From contig NMRA01000199.1 in the NCBI GenBank assembly GCA_002633005.1, positions 504,995 through 568,994 of the forward strand: a stretch of DNA of 64,000 nt. The letters run 5' to 3'. The DNA comes from Phoronis australis (Eukaryota > Animalia > Phoronida). Positions 25,834 through 39,846 of the stretch are shown in pieces (the stretch's first letter is position 1; each line of letters begins with the position of its first letter). A program made the translations under genes and the position numbers. The notes beneath the pieces are model-generated. The model worked only from the letters and a program-made list of their open reading frames with translations. It searched no databases and was not told where the DNA came from.

Positions 25834-28800
25834 TTACAGTTGCATAAAAGCAACGATGACGTAGCTTTATCACGTGTCACGTTGCGATTTTTGAACAATG
25901 CACCCCACATTCCCACATCATGCAACAATCAGACATGATAAGTTTTGAAGTTTAATGATACAAACAATGATGGGTGGACGGTAATTGAAAATGTTTTGGG
26001 GAAAGAAATCATTCGAAACTCGTACAGGTATCTTGCTTGTCATGACTTCTCCGATACAAGGAGATTGAATACACTGATATCAACACGAAAGTGCTATGCC
26101 TGTACCTCTACTCTTAAACAGATTTGCAAAGGACTACTTAACGTGCAGACAAAATTTACAAAGAAATTAATGAGAAGACTAAGGCAAATCTCCACTTATT
26201 TCACATAAAATAAATAGCTGGTAATTCATATCCACTGTCTCTGTTCAATTTTGGTTTATTGCTCATGACTTCGACCGCTTTTCTGATTTTACAATTCTAA
26301 TATTTACTTTCTCTAGACAGTATTTTGACTGTAAGTTTGCAAATGGACGTCGAGTGAAATTTCATTTTCTCACTTTTTCATGAAAGGCACGTAATACCAA
26401 ATCAATACTTCTCCATGCCTAGGCTCTCAACTACAGCTACCATCACACAATGTTTTGAGAAATTGCAAGCATTCACAGCAATGTTAGTTCAGCCCTTGCA
26501 GACTGAAAAAGTGGCAATTTTGGCAAAATTTATTTTTTTCGAAATTGGTGAGATTTTACTGTACGGGCATTTTTCCATCTGATGTGCTAAAAAGTAGCAG
26601 GCTTCTTTTGTCAATGAACCAGAGGAGTAGCGAAGAAGAAACGGAAGCAACTACAAATAAGTAAAAAGTATTAAAATGCAACAGCAGTTTTGAAGAATTT
26701 TTAACAGATTTTTTATGGAAAAAGTCTGTGTTTCAAGGCCGTCAGACATGACAAATATATCTATGCCAACATAACTTAGGGGCAAATCTGATACACTAAA
26801 GCATGTTAAAACACAGGTTAGATTCCTTGCAGCTTTTAAAAATGCCCTGGAGAAGTGTTAAACAGTTGTTAGTAATGACAAGAATGCAAACCTCAATTGG
26901 AAATGTCAGTCTTTATCGCCTTAAAGAAACTCTAGAGAGATCAAACCAGCAAATATATGAACAAGAAAGGTGGATACTTCGATGGTATAATTGTTCAACA
27001 CATTCTTCAAACCACCTTTACGAAGAGCTATTAAACTTTACGCTGTTTCTTAAATCGGGACACAGGAATTAATCGCCAAAATCAGACTCAAAACTGACCA
27101 ATCGTGAGGTAAGATTTGAGTACAAAGCTGACTCAAAGCATGCCACGTGATTGTTCGATTCTCCAATCGATCTCCAAGTACATATTAGACCTGAAGTTCT
27201 GGTCACTGACAAAAGAGAAAAACAAAAGTTCAGACAAACCAAACTATAAAAAAAACTCACTGCTATAATGTCAAATTCCACATGACGATAGAAAGCATTT
27301 CATAGCTTCAGATTTCATATAGGCTCAGACAAGAAAGTTAATGAGAATCCGCTCAAACTATGGCAAAAATGATCTGACATCATTAGACAAGAAGAACACT
27401 CAACAAATGGGTATTTCCTTTTACCCTTACTAGTAATAGTAATATACGGGGGGGGGGGGGAAGTTATAATCTAATTGACATATGAATTTCACCATACGCA
27501 TATATGCTTTTTTGTTTTTCAAATTTGTTCAATATTTTCATGGAATGGGTTTAACCGACCATCAGTTCATTCATTTTGACAGTATTTGGTCACGGTCGAT
27601 TGGCAGAAAACACAAGAAAACTGATGATCGTCCTTACACCCCACACACATCTTTTTCTGACCACTTACACCAGAAACCCATTTGAAAACTCTGTTCACAC
27701 CATCCTACCTGTCTGAGTGACCACCCAAGATATGACCCTCTGACCACTGGGCAGAGCTGCTATCATAAACAATATTATACTTGGTTGGAATATTGCTGAA
27801 TTTCCAATAAACAACACAACCAGGTGTTTCCCATTAGCTCTTGTCTGAATGTGGCAGGCATAATGACCAAGGATGATTATATGCTTCATCAACAGCACTA
27901 GTCTATTTATAAACAGCAAGCAAACACACTGATGTTGTAATATTGTGAAATCTAATTACCCACTTCCCCAAATTCACCTGAACGGTGCAAGGATGTGACC
28001 AGACATGAAGCCTGCTTATCCATTTTGGTTTGTGTCGGCAATGGTCAAACCAAAGAGAACACCTGGCTTCAAATTTTTGCAATTACCAATTGTTTTTATA
28101 ATAATATTCTGCCATAAAACCCCATTCCGGAAAGGATTCCAAGTTTGCTGATAATGTCCAGTTCAAAACGAGCTTTGAGACTCAGTCAACAAAATTTCTC
28201 TTTCAACATAGGCGACCAAAGCCTTTTCTAGATACAAACTTTCCAGAACCTGGAAAATTGGCATACATCGAGAATGTATCTTCAACGTACAAAACTGGCT
28301 AACATGATTCATTCTGAGGGACCACTGGGTTTTCAAGCGCAGAAGACTCTTCTCCCTAAATTTCAACATAGACAACCTTAGCTAAGTACCAGTCACTCTC
28401 CATTACATCTGTATTTCCCATGCCTCCCACATTACTCTCAAAAATGTTACCACAATCTCAGGTTCCCACCAGACACATGTTTGGTTATTAACCCATTGAA
28501 TGTGGGAGGGCTTCTCTCACAGTCAAAGAGGGGCTTTGTGACAGTATGCAGTCTAGCTCTTGGGGTCAGAATATGTAAACAGTGTGCACAGTTCCTCCAA
28601 TAACATACCATAACCTTGATTATGTAACCAGGTACCATATGGTGCACAGTATAGGTTTTTGCCTTGTACCAAAAATAACCAAGTTTGTACCTTGATCCAA
28701 ACAGAGAATGTCTAAGAGAAAATGCCACAGGACTCTGCCGGACAGAAATCTCCTTTGTTGAGGAGATAGGAAAATGCATTGTTACATTGGCCTCGTTTTA

Positions 28801-31800
28801 GAAATACTGGCTGTTTCCAGCTCAGACCACAAACCTAGTGTTATACAGTCCAAGATTCTAGGAAACATGTCTGAAAATATGGCATTAACAGATAGATACT
28901 ACTCATGTTTATCTGTCTGAGATCTAGCCCATGGCACAGGAGTAAAACTTGGCTGGCATTGGAAGGTCGAATACAATTAATGCAGTCGAGAAAAACTTGA
29001 AAAATGCAAGACGCCAACAAATAAAATCCCAACATGATATCTCAGAAATGGCCGATTGAAACCATATGAAACTCTCAGAAGTACCATGATTTATGCATTG
29101 TTCTCCAAAATGTAGTTAGGAATTATATTAAAATTTTCCACTATTGCATGAGGGCTTGAGGGGCTATCAAAAATGGGAGAAAATCAAGTTACATATAATG
29201 AAAACGAATGATACTTTAGAAAACTGTAACAGCACTTTTGAGACTTCATTTTGAAGAGTTAGTTTGAACGAAATGCTTTCTGCTTTTAGAAAATATGAAC
29301 TTTTGCTAATCTATATTTTTGTAGATATTTGGCAAAATACAGCAACAATTCGACAAGGTCCTACTACACCAAACTGCTTGTGTTCATAACCCCTTTCCTA
29401 ATTTGTTCCTCCAAAGCAGGTTATGGTAGTCTTCAGTGTAAATGGGCTATAGGACTGACTTACAGAGCCTCAGTCTTACAGCGCTGGGATTGAATTTCTG
29501 GTTTGATGATGTAAAGTGATGCATTAATTGGAAGCACCTGACCAGTACTGCTACAAAATGACAATGTGGGAACACCAAGTTAGGCTCAAACTGCATGTGA
29601 TTCATAAACTGACCATGAGTCACTCACTGGCTATTCACTTTCAACCAATAAATATGTTGAAAAATACTTTGGACAGTAACCATGGGCAGATTTACGATGG
29701 GCCCAAAATCCCAGGCCACCTTACCGAATGACCAAAAATGCCTTCAGCAAGCCGTTTTTAGGGTACAAAGATATTTTCCTCTGAAAACTTTGATTGTCTC
29801 ACCTCACCACATCCTTGATTCATCTGTCCATTGTATTATACGGTAAATAGGTGAAGGATTATGGAAGTTACTCAACCACAGTAGCAAACGGTCTCACCAA
29901 GGAAAACCTTTTTGGCATTTATTCCTTCTTAGAGCATTCAAGCTAAGCACTGAGTTATGTCCCAAGGAACTACCAGCAAATGGTCACCTTATAGGGACAT
30001 GTGTGTCCAAACTCACAGCTGTTGCAGTATTTCAGGTTTTTCACAAATTGTAAAATAGGTTCACTGATCCGACAGCCAGTTTATCCCAAAGTCCATTTGT
30101 CTGAAAATTAACCCCTTAGTCCCAAGACCCATCGGACTGAAAAATACAACCTTTGTCCTATGGCTTAAAAGCCAGAAAAATGAGTTGTCTGACGAAGGGT
30201 TCATTTTCGGGTGAACGGGTTTACGCACCAGTGGGCCACCAGAGAAACGTGGGGAAATCTGTGGAAAAATGACCTTTCGCACTAGTGGGCTTTCCGACTA
30301 ATTGGGACTTCAGACAAATAGGATGTCAGAAAATTGAGTGTCCCTGATTATTTCAATAGCCACCTAACAGTACTTGAACTTGGTCTGCACGCCAATCATA
30401 AAATGTCAGTGTCGCCCTCTGCCAACCAATACTTCTTGAGCTTCTATAATTCTTTAAAACAAGACAACCACTCACTACATAAGATGACAGGTCCTAGTTT
30501 AATATTCAAGCACTGCAAAACATGATGAATGGCAATTACTAGATACGTTTGTCCTGCTAATTGACACTGGAATTGAAAACAAATTCCCCTGAATAAAATA
30601 CACAGCCCCAAACATCACTGTTCTTGACAAAATATGATAAGTCTGTCAACAACTGATAACTATGATTGCAAATTGCTTATGCAATTATCTGAAGCATTCA
30701 CACCTCAATGGTTCCTTGGAAAAGAAAATATGCCAGGCCACAATCACTGCAAAGGGGGGCAGGACCTCTGGTTCAATGAACTTCTACAAGGCACTGAAAA
30801 ACTGACAGCCCAGCCAGTGTGTCAGTTGTTGTGGGTTCATTTATGACAGCATGCCAGGCATCCTTTCAGGGCCAGGAGACAACCTTGGGATATCAGGATG
30901 TGATTCTAGAAGTCTCTGGTATTCGAGCTCATTAGTGGAATTTCCTGGTAATCATCCAATCTGTTTAAGACATCAACAGATTTGGAATGCGTGAAGAGAC
31001 TTAAGCAACTACAGCAAAATTTCTACACTTTGGGATAGTTTTCGAAATTTGGGACTCCAAAATTGAAACCGAAACTTTTTTGTTCTGATTATTGGGACAT
31101 AGGGAATTTTGACAATCATCAAGTTTCTCAAATATTGGACACTGTGTTTGTATGAACAAAACTTGAAATTAGACTTGACACTGTAACTTTCATAAATCAC
31201 CAAAAAAGCGGCCTACGCAACATTTTCATGTGTCTCCAGAGTGTGTAACATTGAATGATTATTGCAGATCATAAATCTTGAATATGGGATGGCCAATACT
31301 GCCAATTTCTAAAATTTGGTACAATCTATGGTCATGAGGAAAATAATTTTGTCAGTGTCCTAAGCGAGAGAATATTTACCGTACTTATTTCAGCACTTGT
31401 CACTAGTGTGTACTAGAAGTGAAAGCACAGGTCCACTGCAACATGATTTTTGGTCCAAGTATGTCTAAGTAACTGTCACAGAAAACTAATACAACATTGA
31501 AAGTGAGCTTCACAATGTCTCAAATAAATACATAGATTAAGCAATTCTTTTGAGTGAAAGATTCTCGAGGCACGTGCCATTTTGTCATGCTGAAGCCAAA
31601 TATGCGATGTCACGGGATGTTAAGGATATAACAATGGTCCCACAATGCATTTGAAAAAAAGGCAGCAACACCCTTGTACTGAAGTACTGAAATTCCCTGA
31701 ACTGTGGACAATTTCACAGTGGGTTGCTGCCTATAACATGTTGTTCTTTACACAACAGTATAAACAATCCCTATGCTCTTAACTCATAGTCTCCCACTCT

Positions 31801-32512
31801 TAGGTGTGCGGTTTCAATACAAAAACAAATTTCATTTTAACAATCCTAATAGTCGCTCAGTGGTCTAAAGTTGTACACCAGTGGTCAGATTCTGAGGTTG
31901 AATCTCACCTAGTATCCTGATCAGATTCCCACACTTCAACACCACAAGAATCCTCAGTTCAGATGTTAGGGTTTTGAACAAGGCAAGAGCACAAGTCAAA
32001 ACTCTGGTACTGGATGGCAAGAGTAGGCTCTATTTCCAAATTATAAGTATTAAAGACATGCTGCTCTGAAAGTGTGCATTTCCCCCAAAAATACCCCCCA
32101 AAGAGCAGGTTTTATTCAGTTCCCACAAAAGGTTTCAATTTTCAACACCAAAAATCTACAGAAGGGCATATAATAACACATTTCGTTTTTAGAACTTTGG
32201 TTGAAAAAATAAATAATCTTTGACAACACGGCACCTCTTCATGTACTCTTTCAAGGTTGAAAAGACGATAAAAGTGGAGTAAATGGGTCCCTCTTGAAAA
32301 TGGCTGCCGAGAACCAATTTTCGCTGAATAACAGCAATGTCCGTTACTTGGTAAAAATTGGTTTCCAGTAACCATTTTGAAGAGGGGCCCATTTACTCCA
32401 CTTTTACCGAAAAGACAGCATCTCCAAGAAGATCAACAGAAGAGAATTAACAAAGAACAAACAGGAGGGTATTTCCACCAGCAGCGCCCCCATCAAAAAT
32501 TTAGTAGGGTAG

Positions 32513-32984
32513 CAGGCCTTTATCCAGGATTTCGAAAATATTGTGTCCAAAATGGGGTTCCCAATATTCCAGGGCGTCCATGATTCCAGCGCGTAACCCC
32601 CCACCCCCAGCAGTCCCCCCAAACACACAGATTTTTTTACAAAAAAAATGCATAGACCAAGGTTTTCACATCTTAGTTCACAAAACAGCCTTATGCAGTG
32701 AGCATTTTTACTAAAAAGAACTGTGTAGACCAAGACTTTTACAATGCTATCAACCAAGTGTGAGCATAGCAACATTGTATATATTTTGTATATACATTGT
32801 ATATTTCTTCCTGCTTTAAAAAAGAGCCACCACTGCAAGTCTTCATAGGCTTCCTAGTAATCATTACAATGTGTGTGCCCAAACTTGAAAGGTTCCTATT
32901 GATAGTGGGCTTCCAAATGATACATTGGGCGTCCTTGCCAGGGCGTCCATATTAGTGCAAGGACATACGCTGCATAAAAGCCTG
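32513..32984. mobile_element. hAT-like non-autonomous element
   Basis: Termini caggcctttatccag / ctgcataaaagcctg; 8-bp flanks tagggtag and ttgggcag (6/8 match). Confidence 0.5.
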
Positions 32985-33726
32985 TTGGGCAGTTGGACAC
33001 TGGTCTCTAGAAATGGAAGTACAGATCCCAAGACATAACATAGGAAAGCAGTTATGAGTCAAACCTGTCTACCACCTGAACAACAGTGTAATGATAACAC
33101 TTCGGCAGGTGATGATAACCCATCTGGAGAAAATCAGTCTTGCACCTGGTCAAAATCTGTGAGCGAATATGTCCCAATACCTTGCCTCACCTCTGACAAA
33201 AGACTATCAAAAATACAATCCTCTCTTTCATAGTGCAAGAGTAAGATCCAAGCCTACAGCAGCGACTTCAGGGTAAGGCAACGAAAATATTTTAATATTA
33301 TTGCTACATCTGAAAATTTTTCCATGAACAATTAAAACCAAGTATCAAACCTGAATTGTCCAAATAGCAAATCACAAACTACCGTAGTCGCAATCAGTCT
33401 TTCTCAAGCATTTGAACGATCATGTATTGATTCTATGTCTATGATGAGAAGTCAAAGGCTCGTTATCCATGACACCCATGCAATATCAACACCATTCATT
33501 TCTTTGTTTTCAATTTTCTAATCACTGCGTGTAGTTTCAATATGACGAGATTGGAGTCAATGAACAGCTGAACACACGCGGGATTTACACTCTCATGGTA
33601 AACTCAGTGACAATGAAGGTGTAAGACAAAAATAGCACAGCAAATTCAGTCGACAGCAAGTGGCAAAAAATCACACAAATTCAACAGTGACTTGCATTAG
33701 AAAAGCACGCACGCTAATTAACAAAC

Positions 33727-33875
33727 CTATCGATGAATCCGTCGCCGTCTTGATCGCACGCTTGGAAAAGCCTTCTCAACCGTTCCTCGTCTCCAGTGCT
33801 GCTAGAATCACTGCTGTTGTCTGATTTCCGAACATCGGCATCCCCTTTCAAGGACGAAACATTCCTGTGTAGCAT
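33727..33875 (-). CDS. MCC: MCC orthologue, coding exon 1 (first EF-hand)
   Basis: ATG at 33875. Peptide MLHRNVSS...SDSSSTGDEERLRRLFQACDQDGDGFID matches recalled MCC SDTSSTGEEERMRRLFQTCDGDGDGYIS. Donor AG|gtttgt, phase 2, compatible with exon 2. Confidence 0.93.
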
Positions 33876-33949
33876 TTTGACATTTTTGTTCCGCTTAAAG
33901 CTAATTTTTCGACAAATAATCCACGGATCAGATATAAATCCACACCATA

Positions 33950-34500
33950 ACAAGGCGACTTAGCATGAACTTTCAGGATGCACCAGCTAGACGCGCTGGT
34001 TGATAACCAAAAGATAGTAAAATTACACTTTTTTTAGGATAATATTAGAATTACAGCTCTTTTATTGAATTAATGCTTTCAAATTTATTTTCGTATAAAA
34101 ATTAACTGTACAATCTGTTTCAAACAAAACATTAAAGTAAAATATCTTTTGAGTTATCGACGCTGTAAGTCTTATCTATATAAGTTTTCAACAAATCTAA
34201 TTGGTGGAATTTTGTGATGTCACAGTTGGGGATTCCCTCGCGCGAAATGTAAATAAAGCAGTATGTTCCAGCCTTGGAATCGATTTTGTCATCAGATAAA
34301 TTGAGTTTCCTGAATTACACCAAAACGCACATGCTTTTCTTAGCCCAAGTACAGTAGCGCAATTTCTTACCGTACGACGAATGTGTCCATAAGAAATTCG
34401 GCCCGTTTCACGGAGTCTTGCATTTCATCAGTAGATTTGTACGGGAACCGCTGACGCGAGGCCATTTGTGTCCCTATCACGAACACTGATCCAAGTTCCT
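33950..34500 (-). promoter_or_regulatory. Probable MCC promoter region
   Basis: Immediately 5' of exon 1 and visibly CpG-richer than intron 1. Cluster of CCAAT (~34200), GGGGATTCCC (34228-34237), TTTCGCGC on the minus strand (34240-34247) and TGTAAATA (34248-34255). Confidence 0.45.
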
Positions 34501-37500
34501 TTTTTTGTGGAGCTGGGCAATTAACGCATTTGAGAAGACTGAACAGCAGTATAACACTGACTGAATTAAACTGCAATGTTGTACAGTGAACCTAGTTATT
34601 TAACTATCAGGTTTTTGAAATTTAATTCCTTGTAACAAGGTCGGTTATTGAAGAAGAAACAAGTAAATTGGCCAAAACGATGTAATTGCATTGGGTTTGT
34701 TGACCAGTATTTCAATCGGCACAAACATGTTCACCTTCATTGTCGTAATTGGCATACGAGCTGTGACGCCACACAAAAGACTGCGTGAACACTCATCGAT
34801 AAACTATAAGGGTTTGTTGGCCAGTCGCCATGAGTTTAAGCTTCATTTGAAATACATACCAAGTTAGCTACATAATAGTTATACATTAGGTTTTTATTCG
34901 GTGACATTTAGTCTAGTTTCCATGTCTGCATCAACCAGTAACAAGGAAAGACTAGGTGAAATTGGAAGCCATCATGACTTTTATTTTTAGTTTTGCATGT
35001 TGCCTCTATTAGCATTATGGATAGCCGGACTCTGCCAAACATTTCTGCAATATGGTTCATGAAAGATGAGGTCAACCAGTTTATTTAAATCAGCTGATCA
35101 CCAAAAGCATACTTTTCCAACCTTAACTGGCATAACTTGGGTCACAATCCAGGCTTTAGATAACAGACTGCTTAACCATGTCACTCAAGCAGAATGCTTT
35201 GGCTTGTTTTGCAGTACAAACGTGCTTCTACTTTCATATCACATAAAGGTTATAAGAAAGGAACAATGTGCAATTTAAATCATTGAGCAACAACTGAATA
35301 AATATTTGTTTCAGAAAAATTACAGAAACGAGAGTGAAATAAAAGACAATTTGAAATGTTGAAAAACGGACACAAATCACATTGTAACTTAGAATAGTAA
35401 AAATCTGAGCAAATGGCTTTGTTTCGAGATATTCACCAGACTCTAATGCTATAGAGGCTGGATGCGAGACTAGCCAATTTGCTTGTACTATTGACCACTA
35501 ACTTAGGCTGGGCATGGATAAGCAATAAGAATTTGGATGTTGATCAAAATAACTGGTCATCACTAAACAGTACGTTGTTGTGATCATAACGGCTCTGATA
35601 TTGGTGAAAGTGTGTGGCAAAAACAAATTATATAAATGTAAGGACTGAAGCGAGTTTCAACTATCCTTAGACAGCAGAATGCCGCTGATGTTGCAACAAC
35701 ACTTAGGAGCGATCATTAAACTCACTAGGGTATGATTCTCACACTCGGACATTTGTAAAACCTTGGTTTTCTAGCCTGTGAAAGGCAGTTCATGCGAACC
35801 ACTTCATTGGACAACTGTGTAAGCATTTGGACACTTCCTCCTTTGCTTGATCATCGAATGGCAGTTAATTCCCACCAGGCCTCGTCCGCCATGTTTGCAT
35901 CTCAAGCTATCGTAAGTTGCACTTAATTGGCCTTCAATGTTTGGCACTTACGCAGCCGGGAGTGATTTTCAAAAGCATATCGAGTAAATACAAACTACTC
36001 CATCTACCTGTGGTCAGAAGCATGCAGAGGTTTGGTGATGCCCAGGGCGATTTTTTATTGGATGCCCCTCTCTCTACTCAAATCCATAGTACTAAGAAAA
36101 GTAAAAAAATGATGAAGCATTAAATAGAGAGGACGTCTCGAGAAGTTGAACCCGCCGGGCCCCTCTTTCTCCACACTACTACATGTGGTGACCTACATTT
36201 TTGAAATTCAGTCATGATGCTTAGTGCAATCCCGTCACTGAACACTGACCAACCAATTAGGTTGACTTCATAAGCAAAACTTCCAACACAAGAAGCAGAG
36301 ATCGTTTTCACTTCAAAGATTTTTATTAAACTTAACAACTGATCACATGGTGCTTTGGAAATAAACATTTGGCACAGTTCTATGCTGCTTGACATTTTCC
36401 AAAAAAAGTACCTTGGATATCTCTTGCAGCCACATCAGGTTTCCCAGCTCGCAATCGCTGGATTTGTAAGTTCATTGAAGGATTGCTGAAACTTAACGAT
36501 TTTGAAGCCAGCTAAGCTGTATTTTGAAAATAGGCTTCACTGACAAATGAGCACTGGGCATGCTGATTGCTGTAATAAACAATGTGCTTGCTTAGCATGT
36601 GACTCTCAAAAGCAAACCCCAGGCAGAACAAGTGAAACGAATACCTTGTCATTTCCACTTCATTAATGCCAAGTCATTGCTGTCACAGGGGACAAATAAT
36701 TGAGGACTGTCAGGGAAAACAAGTGTGACTGAGCGGCAACTATTGATAGCATGAGACCTACAGCACAAAGACAGCAAAAATAAGTCATTTTGGCTGTCTT
36801 ACAATGTCATTATACATGTATACGCGTTTAACAAAATATAATTTGTAGAAAAAGAAAAGGAATGGATAATCATCTCATGAGCTGGAATGGATAAAAACTT
36901 GCTATAAAAATATACATTTCAATAAAACACCACTGTACGGTACACAAATTGGAAGAGCATGGCCACAGTGCATTCACGCAGCACTGCTCATTGTCATGTC
37001 ATGTCATGTCATTTTGTATGACTTCTCACCAGAGATACATTACAAGGAGCAGAGAACCAGTCAAACAAATGCAATAGGTTTACTTGAAGTGTTTTCAACA
37101 CAACAGCGCACATAGAACAAAAATACAGCTCTACTGTCGGTATCGCTTGCTAGGCAGCTAATTCAAACATTTAATACAAGGACTGGCCATAGGGCACTCA
37201 TTAAACTAAATGCGCCAAATAAATAAGTAAATAAACAATAAAACAATGAAGCAATTTCAAGATGTAAACATACCACGAGCTTACATATATTGTTTCAATC
37301 ACAAGATGTCATAATAACAACATTGATTTTCAACAGCAATGCTGTTCTCATCATTAGCAAGCAAAGTGTTATGATAGTGAGCCAATAAACCTGAGAAACA
37401 CACATAACTAGCTGGCTCAATTCAATGACTCATGCACAAAGTAGAAACTGTATACCTAAAGTTCTAAATAACGTCATGTCAGCTAAACCCCCATTCTGTG

Positions 37501-37732
37501 CATAGTTTTAAACAACAAAGTTTGACATGCTCATATTATAGTAAATGGAATCACACAACTTTACTAATGATACATGTCTACCAACACAATGTCAAAACCG
37601 TTGCTTTTAAAATATGGAAACTGGCAGCAGACACACCTTACCTTCAAAATGCCATCCTCAATTCAATTTATTAGAAACTCAGAACTCACGGCTAGGTACA
37701 AATCGAAACACAGGACTAAGAAACAACCTCCA

Positions 37733-37877
37733 TCACCAGATACGGCCATCAGCGTATGCCGGGTGCAACAGTCTGTATTCATGACGCGCCTTTGACGCGG
37801 CAGCACTCTCTAGAATGAGAGCACCATGTGCTTCCTGCTCCTGTTTACGCTGACGCAGTCGCACCTCCATGTCGCGT
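37733..37877 (-). CDS. LRR-RRM gene, exon 18 (terminal; charged helical tail, stop TGA)
   Basis: ttgttttcag| acceptor, phase 2; RDMEVRLRQRKQEQEAHGALILESAAASKARHEYRLLHPAYADGRIW*. Confidence 0.85.
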
Positions 37878-38647
37878 CTGAAAACAAGAATGAGATGAAG
37901 TCACCGCTTCAGATTTTGATGACCTGTGAATGTATGGTGTAGAGAATTCTTAACAGCTAAGAAGGATTGTAAAAAACAGGAAGTCACAGGCTTGAGGCTG
38001 CCAGGTCAGTGGACGATGCATAGCCTTCTCAACGACTGAAAGACATAGAAATGCGCAGATGTCACAAACTGAAGTAACATCACCCGATGAAAATAATGGG
38101 TACTTACAGCTGTCTTGCTGCCTACGGTGAACTATTCCACCACTGAACAATCTCTAATTGTCATAACAACCATGGATTTGCAAACAACAATTACGCTCTC
38201 TTCACATGCAGTACGGTTCACAGACATTTCGCTGAAAGGGCGATGCCTGGACTTCTAAGAAAGCTGCGGGATGTCTCCGTACTGCCGATCTATGATCTGC
38301 ATCCCTTGCCAGCTGACGGCCCCTTGACATCTTCCAGGTAGTGCCTCCTTGTTGCCCATTTGACGAAATGTTCGTGAACTGTACTGCATTCCATGTACAC
38401 AACTTCTTATTAAAATTTGGCAGCAGTTAGAAAACAACCGATTCAAAGGTTGGCCAATACAAAGCTCAGCATTCAATGTAAGGCTTCAAAACCTAAGCTT
38501 AGAACGTAATAGTCACCTACAGAGGTCCCGCATTTAGATAACCAGTTTTCTCCACTCAGTAACAAGTATCAAACTGGTTCTCAAAATCTGGGGCCTCAGT
38601 AAGTGACTGGTGCCGACTGGAAAACAAAGCAGGAGTAGTGCACTCAC

Positions 38648-38736
38648 TTGACCCTGGCATCTGTGTCGGGATTAATCTCATCATCAATGGTGACACTCAA
38701 CTTGGAGATGGTGAAACAGGAACCAAACAGTTTAGC
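38648..38736 (-). CDS. LRR-RRM gene, exon 17
   Basis: tttctag| ... |gtgagt, 89 nt, phase 0->2; AKLFGSCFTISKLSVTIDDEINPDTDARV. Confidence 0.82.
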
Positions 38737-38753
38737 CTAGAAATTGAAGAAAC

Positions 38754-39193
38754 GTAAAGGACATGAGAAGGCTGGCAAACAATGATGACTACAGTACAAT
38801 AAAAGTATTTAGTAAATCCTTTAACTGCAGTTGTTATTGTAATAGTATAACATACTATTGACCCACATACACCACCATTTGGTGCTGAAGACATCTTCAG
38901 ATGAGACATTGCAGGAGTGTTATGCACGTGATTCCAGCAAATACAAATGTCTTGCATTCTTCTGTCCACAAAAGTAAAGGACATGAGAAGGCTGGCAAAC
39001 AATGATGACTACAGTACAATAAAAGTATTTAGTAAATCCTTTAACTGCAGTTGTTATTGTAATAGTATAGCATACTATTGACCCACATACACCACCATTT
39101 GGTGCTGAAGACATCTTCAGATGAGACATTGCAGGAGTGTTATGCACGTGATTCCAGCAAATACATAATGTCTTGCATTTTTCTGTCCACAAA
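38754..39193. repeat. Two near-identical tandem 220-bp copies in intron 16
   Basis: gtaaaggacatgagaaggctggc... starts at 38754 and at 38974. Confidence 0.9.
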
Positions 39194-39522
39194 ACCAAGA
39201 CACGCAAAATGCAGTTTAGTGGTTGTTTTAAATAAGAGCAAACTTATCCTGATTCAAGTGCTACTTTCAAGCTACTCACTTTTCATGCATCCAGTGAATT
39301 TCATCAATAATCATGACATTGACAACCGAAATTTTATCAGAAATAACCCGAAGGTTAACCATTCAGATTTTTAAAATAATACACAGTGTGGTTACAATGT
39401 CAACTCGCTGAAAATGAAACACAGCTGAACTGAGCATCACTGGTCAACATGACTCATCAACCCTGCACAATTTATTAATCTATTACTTAGGCCATATCAT
39501 GTTTACAGTAAGGAGTGCTTAC

Positions 39523-39618
39523 CTGTCCCGACTTGTAGAAGTCAACAGCTCTCTGACACGAGTCTTCATCTGACATTAGAACCCAGGCAATGCCATTATT
39601 TTGTTTGGTGATGATATC
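39523..39618 (-). CDS. LRR-RRM gene, exon 16 (RNP1-like segment)
   Basis: cacag| ... |gtaagc, 96 nt; DIITKQNNGIAWVLMSDEDSCQRAVDFYKSGQ. Confidence 0.87.
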
Positions 39619-39775
39619 CTGTGGCAGTAATAAATAAACCATATCATTAAGAAAAGTTTAAAACTTTTAAAAACATCAGCTTATATCCTAGCATTAAAAT
39701 ACATAATAAATCATCAAAATCATTTAAAGGTTTTCATTTTTGAACCTTATTCAAATAGTATTCATAAATGCATTA

Positions 39776-39846
39776 GGAGGCATAGTGGCACAGTGGAATA
39801 AGTGTTTGCACCCTTTACCGAAGGTTGTAGGTTCGAGTCCCACTGG
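39776..39846 (+). mobile_element. tRNA-derived SINE head (Pol III A and B boxes)
   Basis: A box tggcacagtgg (39786-39796) and B box ggttcgagtcc (39830-39840) at tRNA-like spacing; no convincing cloverleaf. Confidence 0.6.

Noticed and set aside
30055-30345. ctgacgaaggg as a hammerhead core within a degenerate repeat
   Set aside because: No correctly placed GAAA or stem II. It looks like a decayed MITE with short subrepeats.
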